From a virus: a DNA stretch of 64,000 nt. The notes below the pieces were generated by a model. It did no database searches and was not told the origin of the DNA. It saw nothing but the letters and a program-made list of their open reading frames with translations. Made by a program: the position numbers and the translations under genes. Where the stretch lies: positions 23,413 to 87,412 of the IMG/VR virus record IMGVR_UViG_3300028840_005080, one strand, 5' to 3'. This document shows positions 29,163-38,828 of the stretch, in pieces; the stretch's first letter is position 1, and the number at the start of each line of letters is the position of its first letter.

Positions 29163-32100
29163 TTATCCTTCTTGCCCGAATACATTGAATTGTTCCGCTT
29201 CGGCTTCAACGAAAATTTGATCAATTAATGATTTTGTCAACCCTCTTAGCCATTCCTCCCCGTTTGAATTAACTTCGACATTAAAAACAAATCTTTCCGG
29301 GAATCCGAATTGCCTTATTGCATCTGTTAATTTTTCCTGACTTTCTAAAAGATAACTATTTGATTCTATCAATGATTGGAGGGCATCGCGTGTCGCAGCC
29401 CCTCCTATTTCCGTATCAAAACCCGCAGCCTGTCCAAGCCCTCCTGTTGTTAAAAGCCTACCGATGCCTTCTTCTATCGCAGATGACAAACCCTCTGTTG
29501 TTTCTCCATCTTCTTCGGGAATAATAGGCTGTATCGGCGATACTGATAATTCTCCAAATGTATCTTGCATTGAAGGAAAATCCTCAATGCTTTTAATTAT
29601 TGTTCCTATCCCGCTCGTAACATTGCTAAAATCAGCTTCTATTTTTGGTTTCAATCCGCTTGTTTTATCTGCGAATCCGATTACTTTTCCCTGTATTTCC
29701 GCTATTTTTTCAGAAAGCGGGAGTTTGCTTGAGCCTGTCCCTGTAAAATCAATGTTGTATTGACTTGTTTGTTTTACCAAATCGGAGAGTCTCATAAACG
29801 AAGATGTCATTCCGCCTATTTGATTATTTATGCTTGAGAATGAACTTCCTATTTGATTTCCTATGTTCACAATATCTTTTGATCTGTCAGCTATTCCGCT
29901 AAAAGCCGAATCTATTTGATTACCGAGTCCGCCTATCACATCTGTTGTATTTTTTATTTGATCTTCTACGAGACTTTGTTGTGAAATAAGAGAATCGTTT
30001 TGATTTTGAAGTACGCTTACAGCCGCATCGCTTGCTTTTTGCATAAGATCGATTGAGAGCGTTGTATTTTGTTCAAGTGATTTTACTACTTCACCTGATT
30101 CGTCTTTTATTTCTGTCTGTAATTCTCCGGCAAGATCGGCTGCTTTTTCATACAATTCTGCTGCTGCTTCAAAATTTCCTTTTGCACTTTCTTGCTGAGC
30201 TTGGGCATAAACTTCGTCGTATTCAAGTCGAATATCTTGGAATTGCTCAAGTTCAGTCATTGTTTCGCGTCTGGCTTCTCTTATTTTTTCTTCAGTAGTT
30301 TGCTGAATATCGACGATTTTCCCATTAATTTTATCAATTTCGTCAGCCAAACTTTGCCATTCGGATTTCAGATCATCAAGAATATCCGTAGCCTGATCGT
30401 AAATTTCTTCATATGCGCCTATTACTCCGTCAGCCATTTTTTCAGCGGCTTCTATGTTTCCAGAACCAAACGCTTCGTTTACTTGTTTAATTCCTTCCTG
30501 TAGTTTCGAAGCACTATCAACTATGTCGTTAAAAGAATCGGCTGCTTGCGTTGCCGATTCATCTACGGATGATGTGAAATTTCCATAATCTTCTGTTAGG
30601 ATTGATATTTCACCTGACAAACCAGTAAGCGTATCTTTGAAGTTTGTCCACCCTTCGATTCTTGCTTCAACATCCGCTGCGGCTTCTTCAAGCGTCTGAT
30701 CAAGTACATCGACCTTAAGCCCGAAATTAGCGGCTTCAACAGTTATTGATTGAAATTGCTGTTGAAGTGCTTTTATTGCTTCCATGTCATTTTTTGCCGC
30801 ACTCGCTATTGATCTTTGACTATATGATCCGGCAAATTCTGCTACGTTGATTCTTGCATTATCAAGCAAAAGATTCAGATCATTAAGGCTCTGTGTTGCC
30901 GGATCAATGTCTACAAAAAAAGCTACCGGGATCTGCCATGCTTGCCTCATGTTTGTTGCTCGATCAAAAAGCATTTCAAGTTTTTCGCCAGCTACTTGAA
31001 AATCACTTGTTGTTTGTCTTGATAATTCGCTTGAGGCTGAGGCTGCTTCCTTTTCGGCGCTTGTTACTTCGTCTGTTTTTTCTTTTACCGCCTGCTTTAC
31101 TTCTATTAATTCGAGTTCGGCTTGTTTTTTTGCGAGTACGGCATTTGCATATTCTTCGCTATCCTGCCCATATTGTGATGCGGCAAGTTGTATACTTTCG
31201 CTTAATTTTTGTATTTTAAAATTAAGAAAATCTTCTTCTATTGCACGTTTTTGATTTGTCGCATTTTCAACACTGATAACTCCGCGCGCTTCTTGTTTTT
31301 CTATTTCGACAGTTGCGATTTCGTAGTTTGCTTGTCTTATTGAAATTTCTTCTTCCAGACTACTTTTTAATGCTTCTCTTTCTTCTTCTATTTTTTGTAT
31401 TTTAAATTCTGTAAACTCTCTTTGTACGTCTTTTACTGCCTGATATGCCTCTTTTTGTCTTTCAACATCTTCCGGATAATTTTCTTTTATGATATCATAG
31501 GCTTCTTGCGTTTTGCTTATTTTATCATTTAAATATGTTTCCTGAGCTTCAAGACGTTTTTGCAGAGACTCTTCTTCGTCAATTCTTCCTTCAGCCTCAA
31601 GAAGATTTATATCTGCTATATTTTGTTCATATAATATTTTTTCTTTTTCTAATGAGTTTTCTATATCTGTTAGCCTTGTTTCAAGATTTTTCTTTCTGTC
31701 TTCTTCTGCTTGTTGCTTTAGTCTTGTTACTTCGGCCTCGGCATTTTTTATTACTTCGATTATTTTGGCATTTTCGTCTTTTTCTGCCTGTGTTTTTTCA
31801 CCGGTTTTTGATTTAAAATTTTCTATATCTTCGGAATAAAATTCTTTTAATGTATCAACTCTTGCTTGTGCTGCTTCTATCGAACTTGAATTATATTCTT
31901 CCTGGGCTTCGGCTTTTCTTTGATTTGCTTCTTCCGCGCTTATAACTCCGCTTTTTTCGAGTTCGTTTATTTCGTCTGTTGCTCCTTTATATGTTTCTTT
32001 TCTTAATTCAAGAGATTTTTTTTGCTCTTTGTTAATCGTTTCAAGAGTTCTTTTATTTGATTCTACTATTTTTTCCCCGACTTTTTCTACTATCCTTGCT

Positions 32101-33929
32101 TCTTCTTCAAGTATAAGGCGGGAGATTTCACCGTATTCTTCAAAATCCGCTATTGCCTGATCCGAATCGACTTTTATTTCGGCAGGTGGAAGATTGCTTA
32201 TAACACTATCTGCTTTTTCCGCAACTTGTTCTATGGCATGTATGTTTTCAACGGACGCCTTTAAAACATTATCAACCCATAAATCAATCGGCTCTCTGTT
32301 TGCGATTTCTGCATTGCCTTCTGCCGCTTTTTTCCCGTATTCTTGTATTCTTTGTGTAGTTGCCGCTATTTCTTCTTGCAGATCAACAAAAGGAAGTGTG
32401 TTAAGCCCTTCTTGCAGATCGAGGATATATTTGTTCGCATCTCTTAAAAATTCGTTAAAAATAACCTGAAGCTCTGTAACTCCAAGTGTTGCTGCGGTAT
32501 ACCAACCCGTAAACGCATCATGAACTGTTGCAACTATAAGAGCAATTGAAGTCAGCGACGTATTTATTATTTTTAGTATTCCTTCGAGTCTTTCACCTCC
32601 CGAAGTCGAATCAACAAAGCCTTTTACAAATTCGGCTCCCAAATTTATCATTATTTGGATATTTTGGCTCAGAATTGTTGATATGTCTGAAAGAAATTTG
32701 TAAACGTTTTGTATATTTCCTTGAAACGCTTGGTCAAATACTTCCTGTGCTGCTTGTCTTAATGCGTTAAATGCTTCTACAAGAGGACCGCCTATCCCTC
32801 TGCCTGATTTTTCAAGTTCAAGCAATTGGCTTATAACACCTCTTATTCCGGAGTTTTCATCTTTTCCAACAAATTCTATCAAAACAGGAAGTAACTCTTC
32901 ACCTATCGTTTTTTTAAATACGTCAAGTGTTCCGCCGAGATTATTAAGGACTATGCTCCACTTTTCTGATTTCTGTCTTGCTGCGTCTGTTGAGGAATTT
33001 GTTCCTGTTATTGTTGTTGTTAACTCTTTAATTGCTTGTGATTCGTTGTTTATAATTCCTGCGAATTGTGATGCTTCAACGCCAAATAACGCAACAGCAT
33101 CTGTTGCCGATATTGTTTGCCCTTTGAATGCATTTAATATTTCAATTGAGTTTTTTGTTGCCGGATTTACATCTTTATAAGTAAGGCCGTAATTTGCAAG
33201 TGCTGTTGTTCCTTTTTCTGTTTCTTTTGTCAGTGCAACAAGAGCACCTCTGAAAACAGTTCCTGTTTGAGACGCATCGAGACCTTGTTTCCTTAATAAA
33301 GCCAAAGTCGCGACAGTTTCTTCCAAACCCATATTAAACAAATTTGCTGTTGGCCCTGCGAATTTTAACGCTTCTCTTAAATCAGATACGCTGGCAGCAG
33401 AATTAAATTGTGTTGCGGCGAGTACATTTGAGACTCTTGATACTTCCGTTACTTCAAGACCGAATTGGCTAAGAGTAGAAGTTAAAGCTGATACGCTTGT
33501 ATTTAATTCTGTACCTGTAGCTATTTGTAATTCAATTGCCGCATCGGTAATATTTTCTAACTGATCCGCTGCTCCGAAACCGAATTGGGCAATTGACTCA
33601 AGCGCTTGTCCGGCTTGTGCGCCAGTTACCGGAAATTTTGCAACAAGACGATCAAGAATGTTTCCGATTTCTTCTGTTGATGCTCCCGCCTTGCCAACTA
33701 CCGCACTGACATCAAAAATAGCATCGTTGAAATCCGCTGCGGCTTGAACAGCGCTTTGGCCGATACCTATTGTAAAATTTGCAAGCACCAATGAAAATCC
33801 GGCTATTGCTGCCTGTGCTTCTACCGCTGCTGTCCCGATTCCACCCAAAAGCCCGCCAAATTTTTCAAGCGTTGAACTATAATCGTCGACTGCGCTTATT
33901 ATTATTTTTACTTCTCGATCAATCGCCAT
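29163..33929 (-). CDS. Tail tape measure protein (TP901 family)
   Basis: 1588 aa helical; VKIIISAVD, SDLREALKFAGPTA, GLDASQTGTVFR. Confidence 0.95.
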   Translation of the reverse strand: MAIDREVKIIISAVDDYSSTLEKFGGLLGGIGTAAVEAQAAIAGFSLVLANFTIGIGQSAVQAAADFNDAIFDVSAVVGKAGASTEEIGNILDRLVAKFPVTGAQAGQALESIAQFGFGAADQLENITDAAIELQIATGTELNTSVSALTSTLSQFGLEVTEVSRVSNVLAATQFNSAASVSDLREALKFAGPTANLFNMGLEETVATLALLRKQGLDASQTGTVFRGALVALTKETEKGTTALANYGLTYKDVNPATKNSIEILNAFKGQTISATDAVALFGVEASQFAGIINNESQAIKELTTTITGTNSSTDAARQKSEKWSIVLNNLGGTLDVFKKTIGEELLPVLIEFVGKDENSGIRGVISQLLELEKSGRGIGGPLVEAFNALRQAAQEVFDQAFQGNIQNVYKFLSDISTILSQNIQIMINLGAEFVKGFVDSTSGGERLEGILKIINTSLTSIALIVATVHDAFTGWYTAATLGVTELQVIFNEFLRDANKYILDLQEGLNTLPFVDLQEEIAATTQRIQEYGKKAAEGNAEIANREPIDLWVDNVLKASVENIHAIEQVAEKADSVISNLPPAEIKVDSDQAIADFEEYGEISRLILEEEARIVEKVGEKIVESNKRTLETINKEQKKSLELRKETYKGATDEINELEKSGVISAEEANQRKAEAQEEYNSSSIEAAQARVDTLKEFYSEDIENFKSKTGEKTQAEKDENAKIIEVIKNAEAEVTRLKQQAEEDRKKNLETRLTDIENSLEKEKILYEQNIADINLLEAEGRIDEEESLQKRLEAQETYLNDKISKTQEAYDIIKENYPEDVERQKEAYQAVKDVQREFTEFKIQKIEEEREALKSSLEEEISIRQANYEIATVEIEKQEARGVISVENATNQKRAIEEDFLNFKIQKLSESIQLAASQYGQDSEEYANAVLAKKQAELELIEVKQAVKEKTDEVTSAEKEAASASSELSRQTTSDFQVAGEKLEMLFDRATNMRQAWQIPVAFFVDIDPATQSLNDLNLLLDNARINVAEFAGSYSQRSIASAAKNDMEAIKALQQQFQSITVEAANFGLKVDVLDQTLEEAAADVEARIEGWTNFKDTLTGLSGEISILTEDYGNFTSSVDESATQAADSFNDIVDSASKLQEGIKQVNEAFGSGNIEAAEKMADGVIGAYEEIYDQATDILDDLKSEWQSLADEIDKINGKIVDIQQTTEEKIREARRETMTELEQFQDIRLEYDEVYAQAQQESAKGNFEAAAELYEKAADLAGELQTEIKDESGEVVKSLEQNTTLSIDLMQKASDAAVSVLQNQNDSLISQQSLVEDQIKNTTDVIGGLGNQIDSAFSGIADRSKDIVNIGNQIGSSFSSINNQIGGMTSSFMRLSDLVKQTSQYNIDFTGTGSSKLPLSEKIAEIQGKVIGFADKTSGLKPKIEADFSNVTSGIGTIIKSIEDFPSMQDTFGELSVSPIQPIIPEEDGETTEGLSSAIEEGIGRLLTTGGLGQAAGFDTEIGGAATRDALQSLIESNSYLLESQEKLTDAIRQFGFPERFVFNVEVNSNGEEWLRGLTKSLIDQIFVEAEAEQFNVFGQEG

Positions 33930-33940
33930 GTGAATTTCCT

Positions 33941-34004
33941 ACAAAAATGTAATTTATACAAGGAAAGTTACCAGAAATGCAAATTATTAAAAAGTGAAAA
34001 ATTA
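33941..34004 (-). promoter_or_regulatory. Phage-specific promoter, copy 2 (tape measure operon)
   Basis: TAATTTTTCACTTTTTAATAA plus TGG-TAACTT plus downstream ATTACATTTTTGT. Confidence 0.75.
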
Positions 34005-34011
34005 GGATGGA

Positions 34012-34491
34012 TTAGGATTGTTCAATTTCAGTGAGATCAAGTGAGAATTTTACAACTTCGTTTATAAATCTTGGAGCTTTTTCGCTAATTTGTAGAATTT
34101 CTTCAAAAGTGAATTTTGGATCAACAACATTTCTTTTAAAAACGCTTAGTTCAAAAATAGTGGAGTTGCCTATTTTTTCAGAATTTATTATCTCCATAAT
34201 TTTGTTAAAATCAACTTTTTCACCTTTTTCGGAACATTTGTTTATATATGAAAACAAAATTCCTGGCTGATTTGCCAAAGATTTGCATTGAATATGATCA
34301 TCAAGAGAGGCTCCTTTGACTCTCAATATAAATTGTTCATTTTCTTTCAGTCCTATTTTTTTGTTCCATTTGAGCGGAATTTTGAATTCTCTTATAATAG
34401 TTTTATTATTGATAAAATCGACAAAACTATCTTTGTTTAATATTACTTTTTCAGTTTCTTTGCTCTTTTTGTTTTTTCTTTTTTTATGCAT
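34012..34491 (-). CDS. Tail assembly chaperone paralogue
   Basis: Aligns with 34682-35311 (EKVILNK/ERILLDK; RVKGASL/KVSGIDF; VVDPKF/MVDPKL). Confidence 0.55.
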   Translation of the reverse strand: MHKKRKNKKSKETEKVILNKDSFVDFINNKTIIREFKIPLKWNKKIGLKENEQFILRVKGASLDDHIQCKSLANQPGILFSYINKCSEKGEKVDFNKIMEIINSEKIGNSTIFELSVFKRNVVDPKFTFEEILQISEKAPRFINEVVKFSLDLTEIEQS

Positions 34492-34685
34492 TCCAACAAA
34501 CTTTCAAAATCGTATTTTTCATATTCAATGTTATAAAATTTTGCTGTTTGTATAATATTATAAATCCACCAATATTGAATTTCTTCGAGTGTTAATTTGT
34601 TGCCAAATATTCCGGACGTTTCATAAATAAATTTGTTTTTATCAGCACATAATGAAAACAGACTTTGAAGATAAATATCATTCAA
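34443..34685 (-). CDS. Tail assembly chaperone T-like segment (expressed by -1 frameshift)
   Basis: Open in the -1 frame from the slippery site at 34698-34709; only a TTG start of its own. Confidence 0.65.
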   Translation of the reverse strand: MNDIYLQSLFSLCADKNKFIYETSGIFGNKLTLEEIQYWWIYNIIQTAKFYNIEYEKYDFESLLECIKKEKTKRAKKLKK

Positions 34686-35311
34686 ATAGACTTCAAATTT
34701 TTTTTTAAAGTAGGTCCTTTTGCGGTAAGGGTTGAAATTTTATCCGAAATTCTTTGACAAACCATCGGAAACATTGTTGATAACCAAACTATGTCCGACC
34801 AATTTAACTTTGGGTCAACCATTCCGTATTTTATCAAAAGTAGTTGAAATTTTGCTTGGGGATTCATGTTTTTGACTTTTTTCAGAGCATTTAATGTCTC
34901 ACTTTCCACTTCTTCCTCTGATTTTGCGGATGCACTTGTTATTCCGTCGACAAGATTCTGAATTTGTTCATTAACATCCATTCGCGCTCTTATGTATGAT
35001 GAAAAATCAATTCCTGAAACTTTTATTGTGACTACTTTTATTTCTTCTTTTTCAAGCTCTTTTATTTCTTTTTGGAGTTTTTCTATTCTTTTATTTGTTT
35101 TTTTTACATCTTCGTCTTTTTGAATTGTTGTTTTTAATTTTTCCAATTCCGTTCTTTTTTGTCTTAAATCCTCTTCCTTTTTATTTAATTCTTCTATTGA
35201 CAGAAGCCCCATAATCGGATTTAGTTCCGGAACTTCTATATCAACAATTTCTTTTTCAAATACATTGTCTTTTCTTGAAAATTTAGCTTTGTCAAGAAGG
35301 ATTCTTTCCAT
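34682..35311 (-). CDS. Tail assembly chaperone (G-like)
   Basis: Lies between the tail tube and tape measure genes; ends ACT TTA AAA AAA AAT. Confidence 0.7.
   Translation of the reverse strand: MERILLDKAKFSRKDNVFEKEIVDIEVPELNPIMGLLSIEELNKKEEDLRQKRTELEKLKTTIQKDEDVKKTNKRIEKLQKEIKELEKEEIKVVTIKVSGIDFSSYIRARMDVNEQIQNLVDGITSASAKSEEEVESETLNALKKVKNMNPQAKFQLLLIKYGMVDPKLNWSDIVWLSTMFPMVCQRISDKISTLTAKGPTLKKNLKSI
34698..34709 (-). other. Programmed -1 frameshift slippery site
   Basis: T TTA AAA / A AAA AAA heptamers; -1 reading gives KKKFEVYLNDIYLQSLF. Confidence 0.75.
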
Positions 35312-35347
35312 TATGCAGTCTTTCTTTTTAAGATAGGATTGTTTGAA

Positions 35348-35368
35348 TAGGGGGATTAATCCCCCCTA
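35348..35368 (-). terminator. Hairpin after the major tail gene
   Basis: GGGGGAT-TA-ATCCCCC stem with a weak U tract. Confidence 0.5.
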
Positions 35369-35373
35369 ATTGT

Positions 35374-36417
35374 TTAACTAAGTTTCGCGTAAAGTTCTCC
35401 GTCCCCATTCACTGTTACAGCCGCATTAAGCGTATCTTCAACCGGGAAGTTTCGAGAAACAGTCCAAATTGCAAGGCCGGCATAATACGGGGTTTCATCA
35501 GCATCCGGATAATGTTTGTACCATCTCTTTTTGTTTTTCAACAGAGACAATACGTCATTTACAGCGTTAAAATAAGCACTTCCGGAACTCGACCAGCTTG
35601 GAGTTCCCAATGCTTTTTTGGATGCCGGATCGCGATATGCTCTTGATTCAATTACGGACACGTCTTCTGTGAAATTGAAATCATATGTATCCGGAACTTC
35701 CTCAAAAATCGCGTCATAATATTGAGCGTAAACGTTTCTACGTGCTGTTCCCGATCCTGCTCCGTGTATCAACGGCAAAACAGATGCAAATTGAATACAT
35801 CCGACATTTTGGGCGTCATTTCCACTTCCGTCATGATGAAGGATGGAAAAAGACGGAATATTAGCATATTCTTTTGTATCGCTATTGATTTCGCCCGCTG
35901 TTACCGCAGCCGCACCGGAAACGCTTCCACCGTAATATGTCATTGTAACATATCCGATGAGAAATTCATTTTCCGGAATAAACGGAGGACCGCCAGCAGC
36001 GCCTCTTGTAGAACTTGTATTCCCCTCTGTTCCCACTGTTTTATTGATAGTTCCGTTTGTATCAACACTAAGCGCTGTAACTTTCACATAAGTAGCCGCT
36101 CCGGTAGGTCTTTCAAGATCGCTAATTGTTGTACCAGTAACTGTTACGGTTGATCCCAAAAGATACCCGGTTCCGGAACTCACATCCACTTCGTTATTCC
36201 CACTACCCGCTGTTATTGTAAATCCGCTTACAACACCATCTAATCTTACTTCGGCTTGTCTGTCTTCATCATCACTAATGAATGTTGCAGATGTTACAAA
36301 TTTTTTCCCAATATCAGCAGCGGGAGAGGACACAGTGCTTAGCACATTCCAAGGATAAAAGTCGGAACCAATTTCGGCTTCGATTTTTACATCTTTCCCT
36401 GTTTTTCTTGTACCCAT
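35374..36417 (-). CDS. Major tail tube protein with inserted domain
   Basis: TGKDVKI N-terminus and WSSSGSAYF...YPD...YYAGLA...VTVNGDGEL C-terminus. Confidence 0.75.
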   Translation of the reverse strand: MGTRKTGKDVKIEAEIGSDFYPWNVLSTVSSPAADIGKKFVTSATFISDDEDRQAEVRLDGVVSGFTITAGSGNNEVDVSSGTGYLLGSTVTVTGTTISDLERPTGAATYVKVTALSVDTNGTINKTVGTEGNTSSTRGAAGGPPFIPENEFLIGYVTMTYYGGSVSGAAAVTAGEINSDTKEYANIPSFSILHHDGSGNDAQNVGCIQFASVLPLIHGAGSGTARRNVYAQYYDAIFEEVPDTYDFNFTEDVSVIESRAYRDPASKKALGTPSWSSSGSAYFNAVNDVLSLLKNKKRWYKHYPDADETPYYAGLAIWTVSRNFPVEDTLNAAVTVNGDGELYAKLS

Positions 36418-36420
36418 TTT

Positions 36421-37251
36421 TTAACCTCCCACATATACCTCTTCCGTGACCAAAAGCGGAATAATTCGGTATCTAACCGGGAAACGCAAATTGTCGACGG
36501 TTATGGTATCAAATGTGTAATCAATTATATTTTTCCCTCTTTCTTCCGTAGGATTGTCATAACCCAACAGAACACTACAATCATTCGAAGCGCCAGCAGA
36601 TACTGTGACATAGTTTTGCGGACCTTCGTAACTTTCGATTTTGAATTTATTTGTTTCTGAATCGAAAGTTACGGTCGCATCGAGATATCCGTCATCACTA
36701 TGCGTTCCAAGTGCTCTTAGAGATGTTTGAATGTTTGTAGCTATGGCAGATCCGCTTAAAGTGGAACTACCGCAATTTATATTGTTATAACCGCTCGAAG
36801 TCTTTCCGTTGATAATTACGGTTATTGTTGATTGCGAAGGTGTAAGATCGAAAGTCGATCCGGTATTTGAATTGCTTTCGCTATAACCTTTTGTGTTATA
36901 ATTCGTTATCAGATCATTTCCTAATTCTCTTATTGCGTTTTTTATATCATCCGTAAATTCAAGCAATCCTTTGTAAGTTGTTCCGCCATCCGTATATCCG
37001 GTGATTATTTCGGATAGTTGTTTTTGAAACTCCATTCTTGCGTATATGTCTATTTGGTAAACAAATTCCGCAATGTCAGGATAACTTCTTTTTCCGGTTG
37101 CTTCCACTTCGTTCAAAGGTTCAAGGATTACGGTATAAGGTTGTCTCGGATAATTTTCTTTAAACGCTTTTTCGAAATTACTTACATATGCCGCAAGCGT
37201 GGTGTTGTTGTTAAGTTGATTGTATATGGCATTGTAAACGTCTTTAAACAT
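36421..37251 (-). CDS. Tail terminator/completion protein with inserted beta domain
   Basis: AIYNQLNNNTTLAAYV...PYTVI N-terminus; position before the tail tube gene. Confidence 0.6.
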   Translation of the reverse strand: MFKDVYNAIYNQLNNNTTLAAYVSNFEKAFKENYPRQPYTVILEPLNEVEATGKRSYPDIAEFVYQIDIYARMEFQKQLSEIITGYTDGGTTYKGLLEFTDDIKNAIRELGNDLITNYNTKGYSESNSNTGSTFDLTPSQSTITVIINGKTSSGYNNINCGSSTLSGSAIATNIQTSLRALGTHSDDGYLDATVTFDSETNKFKIESYEGPQNYVTVSAGASNDCSVLLGYDNPTEERGKNIIDYTFDTITVDNLRFPVRYRIIPLLVTEEVYVGG

Positions 37252-37422
37252 TGTTTTTCTTATTATAAAAAAGGTTGTAAGTATCTTTATGGCTAAATTT
37301 TATTCCGTTGTTTTCGAAATGTTCTATAATGTTATAAATTTCCATACATCCGTCAACTATGTATTTTTTAAAACCAAACCATGGATATTTATTTTTATAT
37401 GCTCTTTTCGCAATAGGAATCA

Positions 37423-37983
37423 TTATACACCCAATCTTTTTTTAATCGTTTCATCGATCATTCTTTCAATATGCTCAACGTCGCTACCACCTGGAATTCG
37501 TGAATATTTGTCACTAACTCCCAAATGAATCCTTGGTTGGATTTTGATATTAAATTCAACAGTTCTTCCGCTTGATTTTAATATCATTTTCGATTCGCCG
37601 CCTGTCTGAGTCAATGTGGCTCGTTCTTTCGCATTTCTTTTATAAAATATTTCAGCCTTGTTTTCACCCACTGTTTTCCATAATTCATTTGCCATTCTTG
37701 TAGTGTTAACTGTCTGAAATTCCCACCCCTTGAATCGCCCGCCTTTAACTTTCTTTGTTGTCGGACCTGTAAGCGGGGAATTTTGCCCTTTCATGTCGGC
37801 ATACCATTTTGGGTTTTCAGGCCATGGTTTCAATTCCGGATCGACTTTACGAGCGTATCCTATCTTTGCCGAATTTAGCAAAATTGTAGCCGCATCATCT
37901 AATATTTTTTGACGATCAAGCTGTGAAATACTTTTGAATGTTTGTCTGACTTCTTTGTCATCTATTTTTAGTTCGATAGCCAT
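37423..37983 (-). CDS. Virion morphogenesis (Mu gpG / P2 gpS-like) neck protein
   Basis: DPELKPWP...IQPRIHLGVS. Confidence 0.65.
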   Translation of the reverse strand: MAIELKIDDKEVRQTFKSISQLDRQKILDDAATILLNSAKIGYARKVDPELKPWPENPKWYADMKGQNSPLTGPTTKKVKGGRFKGWEFQTVNTTRMANELWKTVGENKAEIFYKRNAKERATLTQTGGESKMILKSSGRTVEFNIKIQPRIHLGVSDKYSRIPGGSDVEHIERMIDETIKKRLGV

Positions 37984-38060
37984 TTTAAATCATTGGGCAT
38001 CCGTATACAAAAAACATCGATATAAAAAGTAGCATAAATCCTAATTTCGTTCTGTTCATA

Positions 38061-38435
38061 TTATTCCTTTCTTGAATGATATTTATCATAATGTTCCTGA
38101 TATCGTTCTTTTAGAGCATCTATACATACACGATTTTCCGTTATTTTACCTTCGATATATGTCCATTTTTCGACATTTCTTTTTTCGAAATTCTCATGCA
38201 TTCCTCTTATCATATCACGCATATCTATTTTTTGGGCTTTATAACGTTCTTCGAGATCAGCTTTTACTTCCTGATAACGCGCATCCATATCGTCTTTAAC
38301 TTCTTTATAGCGTCTGTTCATATCTTCTTTGACATGACGTGCCCAAAAAAAGATGGCTGTGAGGATTAATCCTGAAAAAGTTCCGTTTATAATCCCCACA
38401 ATTTTAATTACATCATATGTTGTTATCGGATTCAT
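38061..38435 (-). CDS. Single-TM coiled-coil protein (holin/haemolysin-like)
   Basis: N-terminal TM followed by 11-aa repeats (DMNRRYKEVKD/DMDARYQEVKA). Confidence 0.5.
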   Translation of the reverse strand: MNPITTYDVIKIVGIINGTFSGLILTAIFFWARHVKEDMNRRYKEVKDDMDARYQEVKADLEERYKAQKIDMRDMIRGMHENFEKRNVEKWTYIEGKITENRVCIDALKERYQEHYDKYHSRKE

Positions 38436-38783
38436 TTATTGTCTGATTTTTTCCATGTTATCATCATGCCCCGCATTAAACCAAGTTTCATACGCTTGAG
38501 TAGTAGTGACGCAACTTGTCAATTGAGCCACTGTGAATCCCGAAAACGAGGTTGCATCGATATCCGCTTGAATAAATTCATTTGCTTCGCCGCTGCTAAA
38601 CGCAAGACTCGACCATTTTTGATCCATTTGTTTTGCATATTCGCGCACTTCGACCATCATATTTGCCAATGTTCGCATATCTGACAAATAAGTTGCTTTT
38701 TGATCATCGATTAATGCTGCTCCTACAAGTCCTGCAAATCCGATTACGAGTACGAGTATCAATCCTACGATTTTTTCTTTCAT
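38436..38783 (-). CDS. Hypothetical protein with signal peptide
   Basis: MKEKIVGLILVLVIGFAGLVGA-A. Confidence 0.65.
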   Translation of the reverse strand: MKEKIVGLILVLVIGFAGLVGAALIDDQKATYLSDMRTLANMMVEVREYAKQMDQKWSSLAFSSGEANEFIQADIDATSFSGFTVAQLTSCVTTTQAYETWFNAGHDDNMEKIRQ

Positions 38784-38828
38784 TCCAATCCCCCTTATGT
38801 GTATGAATTTATTATAATTTCAAATCCT

